Shown piece after piece: positions 31,410-43,623 of a DNA stretch of 64,000 bases (the stretch's first letter is position 1; each line of letters opens with the position of its first letter). The DNA comes from Eledone cirrhosa (Eukaryota), in contig OZ024745.1 of NCBI GenBank assembly GCA_964016885.1, forward strand, positions 93,310,001 to 93,374,000. The letters are read 5' to 3'. The translations under genes were made by a program, and so were the position numbers. The notes beneath the pieces were generated by a model, which ran no database searches, was not told the origin of the DNA, and worked only from the letters and a program-made list of their open reading frames with translations.

Positions 31410-31825
31410 ATGTCATGAAATGTGACCAAACCAAGGAGACAATAAACTATATGTAAAATGACATGTGATCACCGTTGAATAAAAAGGTTATTAAAATGCT
31501 GCATGTGACCATTAGTGAATATTAAAGAAAATGTAGTTATAGCTTATTAAAAGAAACAATAGGTTCTCAGGACAGCATAGAAAACTCCAAATAACTTCAG
31601 GCTATTAAGACAGTCTGAGTGATTATAAAGCACATAAGAATAAAGCACAGTATTAGGATATAAAAGAGAGGTAAGTATGTGTGTGTGTATATATATATAT
31701 ATATCATCATCATGATTATCACCCTTTTACGTTGATTCTTCCACACTAGCATGGGTCAGACGGGTTGTCCTATTGTGGGCAATGTTAGGTCGGCTGACCT
31801 TGTCTTGCTCATATATATATATATA

Positions 31826-33546
31826 TATTGTTATGCTTTGGGAGGGTCATGTTGCCAATAAGAAACACATGCACCAGTTGCTTTCACTCCAATTTATTAT
31901 AAATTAAATTTATAAATTTAAGAATTTATAAATGTCCGGTTGGTTGGTTGGTTCCACAACCGGAGGGTTGTTCATATATTGTCAAAGTTCTTTCGCCACA
32001 CATTCTGTGACCTCTCCAGTGACTGGGGATTCTTTTCTTTGTTTTTGTGCCTCTCCTTTGTTCTGTCCTACGCCATCTTGTTTTTGTGTGTGTTATGTGT
32101 GTTGTGTACTTAGTGTTACATCCGGGTGTCTGTGTGTGTTTATATTTGTTTATTAATTTGTTTATTTACATGTTACTGGTTGGTTGTTTGTTCTATGTGT
32201 GTGTGTGTGTGTTTTCCTTTTGTCCTTAATTGTAAGTTGTGATGTTGCTATTCCATTCATGTTTTCTATTTAATTTTGGTTGGAGTTCATTTATGTTTAT
32301 TGCCTCTGTGATTTGTCTAAACATTGCGTCTTTTCTGTGTGTAGATTCTATTTTTATTTCTATGTTCTCTAATTTACCCGTATGTTCTATTTTAGCATGT
32401 TGGTGGAGTACAGATGATTCTTTACTATCTTGAAGCTCTCGCCAGTGTTCATTTATCCGTTCTCCTATACTACGAGCTGTCTCACCTATGTACACTATAT
32501 TCTTATCTCTACATTGTCCTTCAGTACATCTTATGCTATCTACTACATTTCTAGTTTTACAGTTAATATGGGGGCTTAGTTTACAGATTATGCATTTCTT
32601 ATTTATACAAGGAGGTCTTTGAAGAGGGTATGTATTGCTAATAAGTGTTTTTATGGAGGTACCTGGTCTTTCTACTATCTTAATATTGAGTTTATTTTTA
32701 TCTGGGGGCCTTCTAAATTTGTAAGCTAATTCAACTCTAGGGGTTGTATCAATGAACATTACACTCTGGTATTTATTGCTATCATACCATGAGTTTATTC
32801 TATTAACCTTATTCCTAGTTCTTTCTATTCTATTCCAAAATTTGCTCCTATACAAGGGGCAGGTCCCATTTGTATCATTATTTACCATTTTTTCCCATTT
32901 GGTTCTGGCTCCTCTATATACTCTGATTTTATCTCTCTGATTGTAACCAGAGAACTGCATACGGTGGATGAAGTGTTGTATGTGTCTCTCTAGTTCTTTG
33001 GGGTTGCACATGCGGGACACATTTCTCATCACCCGTACCAAATCCGCAATCAGTATGTTGATTTTGGTGTGGTCCAAAACAGCTGAGTTTCGGTGGATCA
33101 GATATTTGGAAGTCATGGGTTTGGCATAATGGGAATGGAGGATTTGTTTTTTGTTATTAATGGTTTCTAACCAGAGCTCTGTGTCTAGTACAGGTAATCG
33201 ATGGTTGGGGTGTTTGCTTGGGTAGTCTATAGTAACTCTAATACACCCAGATGTAACACTAAGTACACAACACACATAACACACACAAAAACAAGATGGC
33301 GTAGGACAGAACAAAGGAGAGGCACAAAAACAAAGAAAAGAATCCCCAGTCACTGAAGAGGTCACAGAATGTGTGACGAAAGAACTTTGACAATATATGA
33401 ACAACCGTCCGGTTGTAGAACCAACCAACCAACCGGAAATTTATAAATTCTTAAATTTATAAATTTAATTTATAATAAATTGGAGTGAAAGCAACTGGTG
33501 CGTGTGTTTCTTATTGGCAACATGACCCTCTCAAAGCATAACAATA
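31826..33546 (-). mobile_element. 5'-truncated Penelope-like retroelement with inverted pseudo-LTR
   Basis: ORF part 33242-32226: RT thumb (LPVLDTELW, HYAKPM), Cys linker, GIY-YIG (VYIGETARS...EH...EAINI...PKLN). Inverted repeats of about 300 bp at 31826-32129 and 33243-33546. Confidence 0.9.
33349..33391 (+). ncRNA. Minimal type I hammerhead in Penelope pLTR
   Basis: GTCA CTGAAGA G GTCACA gaatg TGTGAC GAAA GAAC TT TGAC. The mirror copy at 31981-32023 has a mutated core (CTGGAGA). Confidence 0.7.
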
Positions 33547-33606
33547 TCGGCTTTAACACACGTTTTCAGATAAAGAATCTTGCTAAACAAATTCAGAAAC
33601 GAAATA

Positions 33607-33652
<46 letters not shown>

Positions 33653-33775
33653 GGAGGTGAGTTTTATTGTAGTACAATAAAGCAAAGCAGATATCGGATA
33701 AGAAGCACTCTACAGTTTGTAGGACTGGAGTATACATAATATATAATATCAAAAGATGGTTAAAAGAGTTCCATG

Positions 33776-33846
33776 TATTTTATTATGTGCATTTCAAAAA
33801 CAAATATCATCATGCAATAACATTTGTGTTTTCATCAGATAAAATA
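33776..33846 (-). ncRNA. Type I hammerhead (left arm of palindrome)
   Basis: TATTTTAT CTGATGA stem II GAAA TGCACA TA ATAAAATA. Confidence 0.75.
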
Positions 33847-33972
33847 GGAAGACATGATATGAAGGTTAAAGAACACTTGTGAATATTGCAGTTTTAAATC
33901 AACATATGTTGATATGTTGATTTAAAACTGCACTATTCACAAGTGTTCTTTAACCTTCATATCATGTCTTCC

Positions 33973-34043
33973 TATTTTATCTGATGAAAACACAAATGTT
34001 ATTGCATGATGATATTTGTTTTTGAAATGCGCATAATAAAATA
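33973..34043 (+). ncRNA. Type I hammerhead (right arm of palindrome)
   Basis: Stem I TATTTTAT/ATAAAATA; CTGATGA 33981-33987; stem II ACAAATGTT/GATATTTGT; GAAA; palindromic TGCGCA; AUA cleavage. Confidence 0.85.
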
Positions 34044-34073
34044 CATGTAACTCTTTTAACCATCTTTTGATAT

Positions 34074-34111
<38 letters not shown>

Positions 34112-34370
34112 GGAAAAAATGAAATTTCATTTCTCACTCTTAGTACGGCTGATACTTTAATATAAGTATTTATACGTACATATATATATATGTATACAGA
34201 CGTACAGTAGTATGTATATACATACATGCACACATATATATATATGTACGTATGGGTTTACCGAACATTTATTATAATGCTCGGTTTGTTTGTAAAAAAA
34301 AACAGCCGAATTATTAACCGTACAGTGTTCTGCAACCATCGTTCCCATTTTGTTCAACACTGACAAAGGA

Positions 34371-34413
34371 ACGATGAACTAGTTTCTAGCTTATTAGCTG
34401 TCATCAGTACCGT
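34371..34413 (-). ncRNA. Minimal type I hammerhead
   Basis: ACGGTA CTGATGA cAGCT aata AGCTa GAAA CTAG TT CATCGT. Confidence 0.7.
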
Positions 34414-34882
34414 ATACCTTCCTGTAAGTTGATTGGACGTTTGAAAGTATATACTTTCCTTATACATATTAACGGCTGAGCACCCGAATTTGCATATCGA
34501 GTGTGTTAGTCGGCCGGGCGTACCAAAAACGATAAATGGTAAAAATGAAATTTCATTTCTCACTCTTAGTACGGCTGATACTTTAATATAAGTATTTATA
34601 TGTACATACATATATGTATACAGACGTAGAGTAGTATATATATACATACATACATGCACACATATATATGTGCATGTATGGGTTTACCGAACATTTATTA
34701 TAATGCTCGGATTGTTTTTAAACAAACAGCCCGAATTATTAGCCGTACAATGTTTTCCATTTATCGTTTTCGGTACGCCTGGCCATCTAACTCACTCGAT
34801 ATGCAAATTAGGCTGCTCAGCTGTTAATATGCATAAGGAAAGTATATACTTTCAAACGTTCAATCAACTGACAGGAAGGTAT

Positions 34883-34925
34883 ACGGTGCTGATGACAGCT
34901 AATAAGCTAGAAACTAGTTCATAGT
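34883..34925 (+). ncRNA. Minimal type I hammerhead
   Basis: ACGGTG CTGATGA cAGCT aata AGCTa GAAA CTAG TT CATAGT. Confidence 0.7.
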
Positions 34926-35122
34926 TCCTTTGTCAAAATGGCAACGATGGTTGCCGAATACTGTACGGCTAATAATTCAGGCTGTTTGTTTACAAACAAA
35001 CTGAGCATTATAATAAATGTTCGGTAAACCCATACGTACATATATATATGTGTGTGCATGTATGTATGTATATACATACTACTGTACGTCTGTATACATA
35101 TATGCATGTATGTATAAATACT

Positions 35123-35185
<63 letters not shown>

Positions 35186-35199
35186 TATATATATATATA

Positions 35200-36396
35200 C
35201 TAGCAGATTTACCCGGCGTTGCTCGGGATTTGAAATTATGCTAAGAATATACAGCTAGGAAGTAAAAGAAGAACATTATTTGTCCCCAACCTGTCAAAAT
35301 AAGCAGAAGTCTTCAATAATTAATGCAAACGAATATTTAGTGCAATCTTTGTACACATAAAACTATGCTGATAATGAAGGAAAACACTGAAGAGGATGTA
35401 GTTATACAAATGATTAAAGACAATACACGTTGCAAATCTGTAAAAAAACAGGCAGTTTTGCTAAAGTACAAAAAGTTGTAATGAAAGCAGAGTTGTAAAC
35501 AAACAAAAAAAAACAAACAAAGAGAGTAGAATAAGAGAAAATCTATTCTTTGAGAGCATCCTTTGCTGTGTATGGTTAAATTTTTAACTTATAATCCAAA
35601 ATATCCTGCATGACATATTCATTGGTATGTTTTGTAATGAGTAAGGTGAAGTTTAGGCAGAGCTGTAAGAAGTTTTTTTGTTAACACTAAAGCACTTCAG
35701 GATAGACGATATTCTTTGTTTTTCTTTTTGGAACAAACGCAAAGATATTATCTCGACTGCCAACTCGTGAGCAGGCAACGTAGAATTGTTCGTGCGAAAA
35801 GCAAGGTTCATCCAAGTGAATTCCAGCGATGGACAGAGTTTGACCTTGCGACTTGTTCATGGACATCGCAAAGGCAACACAAAGGGGAAATTGGGTTCGG
35901 CGAAAGGCGAAGGGAGTATCCACGCCTGATGTAGTCAGGCTAATTTTTGTTATTATCACATCCTCGCATTTTCCACATCCGGATAGAATGGTAGCGTCAA
36001 TACTAAGTGGAGACAGTTTTTTAACCACAAGGCGTGTACCATTGCATAGTTTTGGAGGAGTGATATTTCTCAGCAAAATAACTGGTGTTCCCTCTTTCAG
36101 AACCAATGTAATAGGAGGTAAACCAATTTCTGAAAAGTTGGTTATCTCCCTTTTTTATAAGGATTGTCAATAAAGTTTGTTATCTTCCTTACATCAATTT
36201 TTCTACCGATAATTTTGATATCGATTTTTTATTGCTCAACGTGGGTCGATTTGAAAAATGTTTGAGGTGACAATCTTAGCGACCTGTGCAACATGCACAG
36301 AAATGTTGGTCAAATTCAGTTGGTAATTGTGAAAGCCTTATGTATGCAAAGTTGTACACAGACACACACGCATCCTCGCTTTTATATATATAAAGA
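35200..36396 (-). mobile_element. Internally deleted Helitron with a PIF1 helicase C-terminal remnant
   Basis: 5' A|TCTTTATATATATAAAA; 3' hairpin CCCGAGCAACGCCGGG, then CTAG|T. ORF 35687-36106 has LLRN...LCNGTRL, QFPL..AFAMS.NKSQGQTL, YVACSRV, TKNIVYPEVL. Confidence 0.9.
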
Positions 36397-36472
36397 TAAA
36401 TATATATATTATATATTATATATATATATAAGTAGTAACACAACAGTTAGTTCATCATGACCATGACCAGTT

Positions 36473-36511
36473 CGAGCTGAAGATCCGCATAAGGTGAAAC
36501 AATTGTTCTCG
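36473..36511 (+). ncRNA. Minimal hammerhead inside an inverted-repeat cassette (36431-36541)
   Basis: CGAG CTGAAGA tCCgcataaGGt GAAA CAATTG TT CTCG; flanking arms agtagtaacacaacagttagttca / tgaactaactgttgtgttactact. Confidence 0.7.
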
Positions 36512-36609
36512 GTATGGTGAACTAACTGTTGTGTTACTACTTCTACCAAACTCGTCCCATGGACTGAGTGCTCTACCACTACGGATATTACCTTCCAGTG
36601 TTCTACCTC

Positions 36610-36647
<38 letters not shown>

Positions 36648-36941
36648 GATCAAGACCTCGACGGCAGAGCTCAAACCATTTCGACGGCTATTTCTGGACT
36701 CCAGAAATGGCTTGAGTTTGCCGTCGGGGTCTTGTACATTTTCCTATTACCCACTCTACTACCCTAAGTATTGAGTACTCTGGTGCATTATGGTCCATCT
36801 GGTTCCTTACCACACTTCCTTTGTTATATATATATATATAACAAATAAATTCAGGCTGTTCAGTTTGTTTACAAACGAACAAAGCGGGCGCTATAATAAG
36901 CGTCCGCTAAACTGATGTGTACATATATGTATGTGTACCTG

Positions 36942-36987
<46 letters not shown>

Positions 36988-37294
36988 TGCTACTGTACGT
37001 CTGTATACATATATGTATGTACGTATACATACATACTTACATTTAAGTAAGTGCCGTACTAAGAGTGAGAAATGAAATTTCGTTTTCATTTTATTACAAC
37101 TTATATATATATATATATATATATATAGATATTTGTTTTGCAAGGTTTTTTATAGAAAATCGTGTGTTGAAACAAATTATTTCTGACAATATTATAACAA
37201 TATGACCCTCCCCAAATATAACACTATATATCATCATCATCATCTTTTAACGTCTATCTTCCACACTAGCATCGGTTAGATTATATATATATAT

Positions 37295-38195
37295 ATTTCT
37301 ATTTATTGCCACGAGGGCGCAAAAGTAGGGGACAAATACAGTTGTTGGCCAGAGAGAAAGGTGCCTGACCTCAGTCCTTTCAGACGCATCCACCATACAA
37401 CCTCTTTCTCCATAGCTATTACGCACAGAAACACCGCCTCTCCTTCTTTTTTGAAGGGGGAAGGCGGCTTAATCGTTACAATGGCCTCGGTGGTCAACCG
37501 GATCGGTCCCACCTGTGACAGCAGTCGTTCGACATAGCCCCACAAATCGGCTACGCCCGAGCAGTGTAACAATGCATGTGCAATGGTTTCCTCGTCGTAC
37601 ACGCATCTGGGACAGATCTTTTTGCGGGGTCCCTACCCGGGCGCCCGTGTCTGTAGAGATTTTCTCGAATGGGTAGAGCCCCTCGATAGCACTGCCAGGC
37701 CAGGGACTTCTGGAAGTTGTCCATAGGTCCCGGGCTGAATGTCCTACCGAACAGGCTGGCCAGTTCGTCTTCCTCCATGTCTAGGGCTTCTCCGAGGGCG
37801 TCGTCGCACCTGCTGCGTACCAGCTCTCTATAGAATGTCGAGGTGGATTTTCCACTGATAACCGGGTCCACCTGCCAGAGGGCCGTGAGCGCCTGGGCAC
37901 ATTCAGTGTGCCAGGCGCCCAGTGTTTTCGGTCTTTGCTTGACCCAGGATTGCAGCTCGGTGAGTGAGACAAGTCTGGGAAAGGTTCGTCTCACAAACGG
38001 GGCCCACACCGGTTGACCGGTGAGGAATACGTGGAGGTGCTGTAGCCTTAATATGTGTTTACGCACCATTAGCCACGGCATCCCCAGCCCTCCTTTCGAA
38101 TGGTGTTGACAGCAGATGGATCTCCACACCAAAGGAGCCCGCCTCTTCCAAAGCAATTGGAAGTGTGCACGCTCCATCTTGGTGAGGGTTTCCCT
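37295..38195 (-). mobile_element. Tx1/L1-clade LINE 3' fragment (second family)
   Basis: GGLGMPWL, MDNFQKSLAWQCYRGALP and ETIAHALLHC, homologous to 43941-45152; ends gcaataaat. Confidence 0.85.
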
Positions 38196-38265
38196 TGGGC
38201 AATAAATATAAATATAAATATAATATAACAGGAGGCTGGACTGGTGTAATTCCTTAAAGTGGTGT

Positions 38266-38327
38266 AATTCCTATGAACATTTCAAAGACCGTGTTCAGTG
38301 TGAATCCGATGACATCATCAGGTATTC
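38266..38327 (-). ncRNA. Degenerate hammerhead (same family as 40599)
   Basis: GAATAC CTGATGA ...hairpin... GAAA TGTTCA TA; weak stem I; flanks homologous to 40590-40697. Confidence 0.5.
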
Positions 38328-39296
38328 CGAAATTTATCCAACAAAGGAATATAATAATAGACACAATCCAAGGGGCTGAAAAGCAGAGAAAAATGCCCAA
38401 GACGAGAAGGCGGCCAAAAAGTAACAGTTGCTAGTCCGAGCGGCCGCCTTCAAGTGAGGAATCTACTTAATCTTGTCTTGTCGGTCTGGTCATGGGGCTG
38501 TAAGTTTATAGTGTATAACTACTACTACCCCGTCATAGACAGATACTAGCGGTGAGATCAGGTTACATATAAGAAGTTAGTCAGAAGTGCTAAAAAGTAC
38601 TAAGAAATATATAAAAAAATATAGATTTTTTTAATGTAGAGTTAGAAATTGCGATTACAGATTAGAAATATAAAATTTAGGTTTAGAATTAAAAGATATA
38701 ATTTAAGATAAGGTTAAAGGTTAGAAAAGTATGATTTAGGTTTTAAATTGGGAGATTTAGTTAAAGAATTTTCAGAAGGAAGCATTTATGAAAAGGTTAA
38801 ATGTATTATTGATAGTCATAATAATGTTTCAGGGTAGAATATAAAGTTAAGATTAAAAAAGTAAAATTAAGCCCAAATTTAAGAGTACCACTTGACAGTC
38901 AATAACCAGCGATGTGACGGACTCCCAGCCTACCCAGAGCCCAATGGTGTGTCAACCGTTCCGAGTATTTTTGTCTATCGAACATTATAATGAAATAATT
39001 ATAATTTCTACTTTTGGCACAAGGCCAGCGATTACCCCAGTGCATCACTGGTACTTTATTTGTAAGGATGAAAGACAAAGTTAACCGCGGCGGATTTGAA
39101 CTCAGAATCCAAAGGACCATAACTATGCTGCAAATCAAGGTGTCTGACGCCCTACCGATACTGCCAATCCACCGCACTTTATAATGAAATAATTATAATG
39201 AAAAGATAATGAAAATATTATAAAGAAAAATTTGTTTTAAAGCTATAATATAAGTATTCTGAGTATTGATTGTTATCTATGTTGTATATATATATA

Positions 39297-39492
39297 ATAG
39301 AAATAGAAGCATTACTCTTATTTTTTATTAAAGAAATTTGAGCCTGATAGTAGGGTTTAACCCTCTAAGAGATGGAAAAAGATAAGTATTGACGTACATA
39401 CGTCAATACTTACCTTTTATAGAGCGTTCTAAACCGACTATCAGGCTAAAGTTTCTTTAGTAAAAAATACGGCAAAAGCTTCTGTTTCTATT
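39297..39492. mobile_element. Imperfect palindromic fold-back element
   Basis: Arms mirror around taagtattgacgta-ca-tacgtcaatactta; partial copy at 40424-40459. Confidence 0.6.
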
Positions 39493-40468
39493 TTCAAACT
39501 CGATATATATGATATATATTATCATCATCATCATCATCATCATTTAACGTCTATTATCCATGCTAGCATGAGTTAGACAGGTTATCCCGTTTGAGGCAAA
39601 TTGGGTTAGGTTACCATGTTTTGCTCATATAGAATTGTTTCTGGCTTGGTTTCTACAGCTGAATGCCCCTTTTTACACCAACCACATTTACAGTGTGTGT
39701 TGGGTGCTTTTAATCATGACACCTACATGACCTCTTTACACAGTGGGCTGGGTGCTTTTAGTCATGACACCTACATGACCACTTTACAGTGTGGGCTGGG
39801 TGCTTTTTGTCATATATATATATCATTGTTGTTTTAACATTCTTTTAAGGGACCCTTTAGTTGTGTCAAAGACACAACAACCTCGCTAGTGATGGTGATC
39901 TACACAATAAAAACATTCAATATAGGCTGTAAATTGGTTGGTGTTGCAAAGGACATCCAGCCATAGAAACCTTGCCAAACAAGGGGCTAGAAGTTTGTGC
40001 CAAAAGATATGACAACTTCTTTGTACTTAATATGACTGTACATAAGTGGGATGCAGACCCCTTGGCCTGTTTGGAAAGTCAGTAGCTTCACTTTAGTTCT
40101 GACTTGGTCTATGTAACCTGTCCAACCCTTGTTAGCAGGGAAAGTGGATGTTAAATGATGAGGATAAACATATTCATATACATATATATATCATCATCAT
40201 CATCATCATCATTATTTTTGGATTGGCAGTATCGGTAGAGAGTCGGACGCCATGCTTTCCAGCACAGTTACGTCCCTTTACGATCCGAGTTCAAATCCCG
40301 CCGAGGTTGACTTTGCCTTTCATCCTTACGGGGTCGATAAAATAAAGAACCAGTAATGCACTGGGTAATTGCTGGCCTTGTGCCTAAAGTAGAAACAATT
40401 ATTTTACGTCCACTTTTCCCTGCGTCAATACTTATCTTTTTCCACTTCTTAGAGGGTTATATATAAAA

Positions 40469-40532
<64 letters not shown>

Positions 40533-40598
40533 TCAGGTTTGAGGTTCACCACTGTATAGAGCTGGTCTATTCCGTATGGTTCACGTATTATATTTCGA

Positions 40599-40656
40599 AT
40601 ACCTGATGATATCACCGGATTCATACGGAACCCGGTCATTGAAATGATCATAGTAT
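40599..40656 (+). ncRNA. Type I hammerhead
   Basis: ATAC CTGATGA ..ACCGG..CCGGT.. GAAA TGATCA (palindrome) TA GTAT. Confidence 0.7.
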
Positions 40657-40783
40657 AATAAACCTTTCAAGGATTTACACAAATCCAGCCTCCTGTCATT
40701 TCATTATATTATATATATATATATATATATGTAAGTATGTGTGTATACGTACATACATATATGTATACAGACGTACAGTAGCA

Positions 40784-40821
<38 letters not shown>

Positions 40822-41330
40822 TACATACAGGTACACATACATATATGCACGTATCAGTTTAGCGGACGTTTATTATAACGCCGCTTTGTTCGTTTGTAAA
40901 CAAACTGAACAGCCTGAATGTTATGCCGTACGGTGTTAAGGCAACCACGTCACCTTTTTGTTCAACACTGACACAGGAACGATGTACTAGTTTCAAGCTT
41001 GTTAGCTATATATATGTATATATATATATATATATTAGAGTGGAAGTGAGTAAAATCGAAGTTGTGACACTCGGCCAGCATCCATGAAGAAAACAATATT
41101 TGAAAGTGTCGCACAAAGAACTCAATAAGAGGAGATCAATAAATCGATAAGTTACTTCTTAGAGTAATAAACATACCTTAAATGGCATGACAAATTGAAA
41201 ACTGTGGTTAAGGCGACAAAACCACAGAAGCCACCACAACAACGAAAATACAATCAGGTTAAATATATATATATATAGTGAAACGAAATAACAAGGACGA
41301 TTGGTTACTCCTTCATTACGTTTATTGGTT

Positions 41331-41415
41331 GGTGACGCGCGTTTCGCCACTGATCAGCTCAAGGCTCGATCTGTATCGATCTATCCCGACCCTGTAATCT
41401 GCGGCTCGTCAGACC
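41331..41415 (-). ncRNA. Type I hammerhead within an inverted-repeat cassette (41275-41480)
   Basis: GGT CTGACGA GCCGC...GTGGC GAAA CGCGCG TC ACC; canonical GUC site. Confidence 0.85.
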
Positions 41416-41818
41416 CCTTATAATGGTAATAAACATAATGAAGGCGTAACCAATCGTCCTTGTTATTTTATTTCACTATAATACACTCTGTTTAGCTCTA
41501 CACCTCCACACTGAAGTGAATCTAAACATCGAGTGCTCACCCGGGTGAACCTACAGTAACTCCAAGTTACACTCCATGGATATATATATGTAACTTATTA
41601 ATTTGTGTTTGAGACACGTTGGCTGAAAGCTTATGACGGGAGCAGAACTATTTAATTTCTAATCTCCTGCCATCATGTAAATTTATAAATCGGTGGCCGA
41701 TCGGGGGACAGCATTGTATCAGATCCCAGTTGCTAATCACTTTACTGTGTTGGCCGTCACAAGTAGTCATAGCCGGCACGGACTGGAGTCAAATCGATTG
41801 GTTATTGATTAGACAAAA

Positions 41819-41929
41819 CCCGCTGATGAAGCCACATGCGCCGATTATGCATTGTTGCATAATATATGCAGACAGAGGGTGCTATGCACTCTGCTGCTGC
41901 ATAAAGTGTGGCAGAAAGTCGAGTTCGGG
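41819..41929 (+). ncRNA. Type I hammerhead with branched, extended stem II
   Basis: CCCG CTGATGA aGCCACAT...GTGTGGCa GAAA GTCGAG TT CGGG. Confidence 0.65.
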
Positions 41930-42093
41930 ACCTACTATAGGTACCCATTTACGTGTGTTGTATTGAAGCGACTAACTATGTGTATACTCTGGGAGTGTAT
42001 TTTACATTACCTATTGAGTACGCTGAAATGCAACCAGTCCTAGCATTGATACCTATGTTCGGTCCATCAACTTCTAATCATATATATATATAT

Positions 42094-42147
<54 letters not shown>

Positions 42148-42152
<5 letters not shown>

Positions 42153-42345
42153 AACAAGTAAGACCCCGACGGCTGAGCTCAAGCCGTTTCGACGGCTAAT
42201 TCTGGACGTCCAGAATTAGCCGTCGAAACGGCTTGAGCTCAGCCGTCGGGGTTTTACTTGTTCCTATTACCCACTCTACTACCCTAAGTATTGAGTACTT
42301 TGGTGCGTTATGGTCCACCTGGTTCCTTACCACTTTTCCTTCATT
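42148..42345 (+). mobile_element. Fold-back element containing the 3' half of a hammerhead
   Basis: Near-perfect 119-bp palindrome centred on GACGTC; right arm GAAA CGGCT...AGCCG TC GGGGT; relatives at 36650-36822, 63808-63945 and 61012-61050. Confidence 0.65.
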
Positions 42346-42365
42346 ATATATATATATATATATTC

Positions 42366-42407
<42 letters not shown>

Positions 42408-42426
42408 GTGTGTGTATGTATGAATG

Positions 42427-42482
<56 letters not shown>

Positions 42483-42487
<5 letters not shown>

Positions 42488-42805
42488 CATGTCTTAGTGG
42501 TTAGAGCATTGGCCTTGCAATCGAAAGGTTGTGAGTTCAATTCTCAGACCGGGTGATGTTTTGTTTCCTTGCGCAAGACACTTTATTTCACATTGCTCCA
42601 GTTTACTCAGCTGTAGAAATGAGATGATAGGAACTGGGGTCCATATCATTCCACTGCAAAGTAGTCGTGGAGGTGCCATGGCAAAAAAGCAGCCCAGCAC
42701 TCACTGTAAATGAGGTTGGTGTTAGGAAGGGCATCCAGCTGTAGAAATCAAGCCAGAATCAGTTCCCGTCCCACCCTTGCAAGCAGGAAAGGCAGACGTA
42801 AAATG
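42483..42805 (+). mobile_element. tRNA-derived SINE (family B)
   Basis: A-box-like TTAGTGGTTAGAGC, B-box-like GAGTTCAATTCTC, conserved gctccagtttactcagctg core; other copies at about 19490 and 56010. Confidence 0.8.
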
Positions 42806-43347
42806 GTGAAAAAATAAAAAAATATATGTAGAGCTTCTATTTAAATTGTTGGGATACAACAAGCAAATATTTTTATTACTGATATAAAGCACTCAACAAA
42901 TTATTGGAGTAAAAATACGATATATTAACAAATGGAAACTATATTTATAAAAGCATATTTATTTCATTATACATATTTCAAGGACACCAAGTTAAATTAT
43001 TAAGTTACGCTAATACAACAACCTATCACTTAGAGCTTTCTCTTTCTCTTTCTCTTTCTCTTTTTCTCTTTTCTTTTTTTTCTTCTCTTTCTCTTTCTCT
43101 TTTTCTTGTTTTCTTATTTTCCTCTTAGAGTTTGCTCTTTTTTCTCTTTTTTTTCTCTTTCTTTTCTTTCCCTTTCTCCATACCCCAACGGCTTATTTTA
43201 AATCTACTGTGATTTAAACATATCCGACACTAATTTGCATAATAGAATAAATAAATTTAATAACCCCACTATCCGGGAGCTTCCAACAGAAATGGTCGCA
43301 TTCTTTAAGGGTATGTCAATATTTATTTATAAAACTGATCTATATTA

Positions 43348-43412
43348 TATTTTATCTGATGAAAGCACACCATAATTTAACTTGGTGTCCTTGAAATATG
43401 TATAATGAAATA
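43348..43412 (+). ncRNA. Type I hammerhead in a solo pLTR-like repeat (43005-43457)
   Basis: TATTTTAT CTGATGA AAG-ACACCA loop TGGTGT-CTT GAAA TATGTA TA ATGAAATA; inverted partial copy at 42917-43000. Confidence 0.75.
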
Positions 43413-43453
43413 AATATGGTTTTATAAATATAGTTTCCATTTGTTAATATATC

Positions 43454-43493
<40 letters not shown>

Positions 43494-43587
43494 TCATCAT
43501 CACCGTCATCGTTTAGCGTCTATCTTCCACGCTAGCATGGGTTTAGACAGGAATTGTCCCACTTGAGGCAAGATTGGTCGGGTGACC

Positions 43588-43623
<36 letters not shown>

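Larger units (their letters stand above)
34113..35128. mobile_element. Hammerhead-bearing 426-bp repeat unit: about 1.5 tandem copies plus an inverted copy (retrozyme/pLTR-like)
   Basis: gaaatttcatttctcactcttagtacggct at 34121 and 34547; inverted copy 34752-35128; diverged partial copies at 36845-37095 and 40730-41008. Confidence 0.75.

Noticed and set aside
32226-33428. 400-aa ORF as an intact protein
   Set aside because: The N-terminal ~62 aa come from the inverted pLTR fused to a truncated Penelope ORF.
42483-42560. tRNA gene
   Set aside because: It is the tRNA-like head of a multi-copy SINE.
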